Source: Lachnoclostridium sp. UBA7097 (GTDB lineage Bacteria; Bacillota; Clostridia; Lachnospirales; Lachnospiraceae). Taken from it: a DNA stretch of 64,000 bases. The notes under the pieces were generated by a model. It worked only from the letters and a program-made list of their open reading frames with translations, searched no databases and was not told the origin of the DNA. This document shows positions 58,741 through 64,000 of this stretch, one piece after another (within the stretch, counting starts at the first letter, position 1; each line of letters starts with the position of its first letter). A program made the translations under genes and the position numbers. Location of the stretch: contig DKYP01000100.1 in the NCBI GenBank assembly GCA_002499945.1, positions 5,384-69,383 on the forward strand. Direction: 5' to 3'.

Positions 58741-58768
58741 ATTATATCAGATAATAGAATTTTTTCAA
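58741..58768 (-). promoter_or_regulatory. near-consensus sigma-A promoter of the three-gene cassette
   Basis: On the minus strand: TTGAAA (58768-58763), 16-nt spacer ending in TGA, TATAAT (58746-58741). That gives an extended -10, TGATATAAT. Confidence 0.5.
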
Positions 58769-59070
58769 GTTTTGTCCAAGGTTCTGGGTTTGTCCAGATT
58801 AAGGAAAGAGTACACCACAGACATGGTTTTTACATAAATTGCAATGATTTATTAATAATTAAAAAAAATGATTCATTATAATGATACAGGGCAGCCTGCC
58901 TAAATAAGTTTAAGCAGACTGTCTTTTTTAATATAATAAAAAATTGTACAATAAAAGCATGGCGGATTTGTGCAAAATTTACAAAATCTAAAAAGAAACT
59001 TTGTAACTTTGTGCAATAGTTATATAAAAATAATTATGCTATATTATTAATTAACATCTGGACAATCGGT

Positions 59071-59100
59071 TGCGCAACTTGTGCCATGGTAAGTTGCGCA
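59071..59100. promoter_or_regulatory. 10-bp perfect inverted repeat TGCGCAACTT-N10-AAGTTGCGCA upstream of the GH53 gene (operator or leader hairpin)
   Basis: Read directly from the sequence. The left arm extends to the palindrome GTTGCGCAAC (59069-59078). It lies 60 nt upstream of ATG 59161. Confidence 0.3.
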
Positions 59101-59142
59101 GGAAAATTCGTTCTTTTGGAGCATGTATAGTTTTTAAACTAA

Positions 59143-63657
<4,515 letters not shown>

Positions 63658-63731
63658 AATTAATTCCATATTGTTTGTGTTTTGTACCAGGTAATGCCAG
63701 TATATTCTTAAGAAAGGCAGGAATTAAATTT

Positions 63732-64000
63732 ATGAAAGGAAACAGGCAGGCAGCAGCAGTGCTTCTTGGTGTTTTACTGGCATTACCACATACAGGTGTG
63801 CAAAGCATTGCAGCGGTACAATCACCAGTATTATATGAGGCCGTGGAAGATGAAGATGAAGAGGAAGGGGTTATTACAGAGGTTACTACTACAGTTGATG
63901 ATAATAAGACAATAGTTGTTGAAAGGGTTTTAAGGCAGGATGGCACAGAGGATGTCAATGAAACTGTAACAGAGGAACTTGAAAGCGGGACAATAGTAAC
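63732..64000 (+). CDS. secreted protein, 5' partial (runs off the window); shares a module with the GH53 protein
   Basis: ATG 63732 followed by signal peptide MKGNRQAAAVLLGVLLALPHTGVQS, with the frame open to the window end. TTTVDDNKTIVVERV..DGTEDVNETVTEE parallels galactanase [28 protein letters not shown]. Confidence 0.6.
   Translation, partial: MKGNRQAAAVLLGVLLALPHTGVQSIAAVQSPVLYEAVEDEDEEEGVITEVTTTVDDNKTIVVERVLRQDGTEDVNETVTEELESGTIV

Overview
This window is a low-GC Firmicutes chromosomal segment. It looks Clostridia/Lachnospiraceae-like, inferred only from gene content, AGGAGG-type RBSs and operon organisation. About 50 genes are supported.

Core blocks:
- a blaI/blaR1-like pair
- the dnaG-rpoD-trmK operon
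- a folD-rimO-pgsA-cinA-cmk-ispH-rpsA housekeeping run
- a dcw cell-division cluster (mraZ-rsmH-ftsL-2xPBP-mraY-murD-ftsW-ftsQ-ftsZ)
- miaB and a dGTPase-like gene

Accessory content:
1. A complete four-gene Wadjet (JetABCD) SMC-type anti-plasmid operon at 16.2-24.2 kb. It looks like the type II architecture.
2. Two copies of a hairpin motif directly after it. They carry a compensatory base-pair change and resemble a decayed IS200/IS605-type (PATE-like) element.
3. Two ECF sigma/anti-sigma pairs, an orphan AAA-ATPase/PD-(D/E)xK fusion, an ANT(6)-type aminoglycoside nucleotidyltransferase beside an ABC-F ATPase, and two Uma2-family nucleases.
4. A par/Fst-like type I toxin-antitoxin locus at 53.96-54.25 kb. 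Its 30-codon toxin is too short to appear in the ORF track.
5. A visibly AT-rich three-gene cassette on the minus strand at 56.0-58.8 kb: Uma2-like nuclease, ABC-type AAA ATPase, and a 245-aa orphan with a possible D..DxK nuclease signature. It has its own near-consensus promoter and lies next to a deletion scar. I cannot assign it to any defence system I know, so it is my best candidate for an undescribed system.
6. A 1498-aa secreted GH53 galactanase.

No rRNA, tRNA or CRISPR array was seen. All family assignments come from motif recognition by eye; no database search was run.
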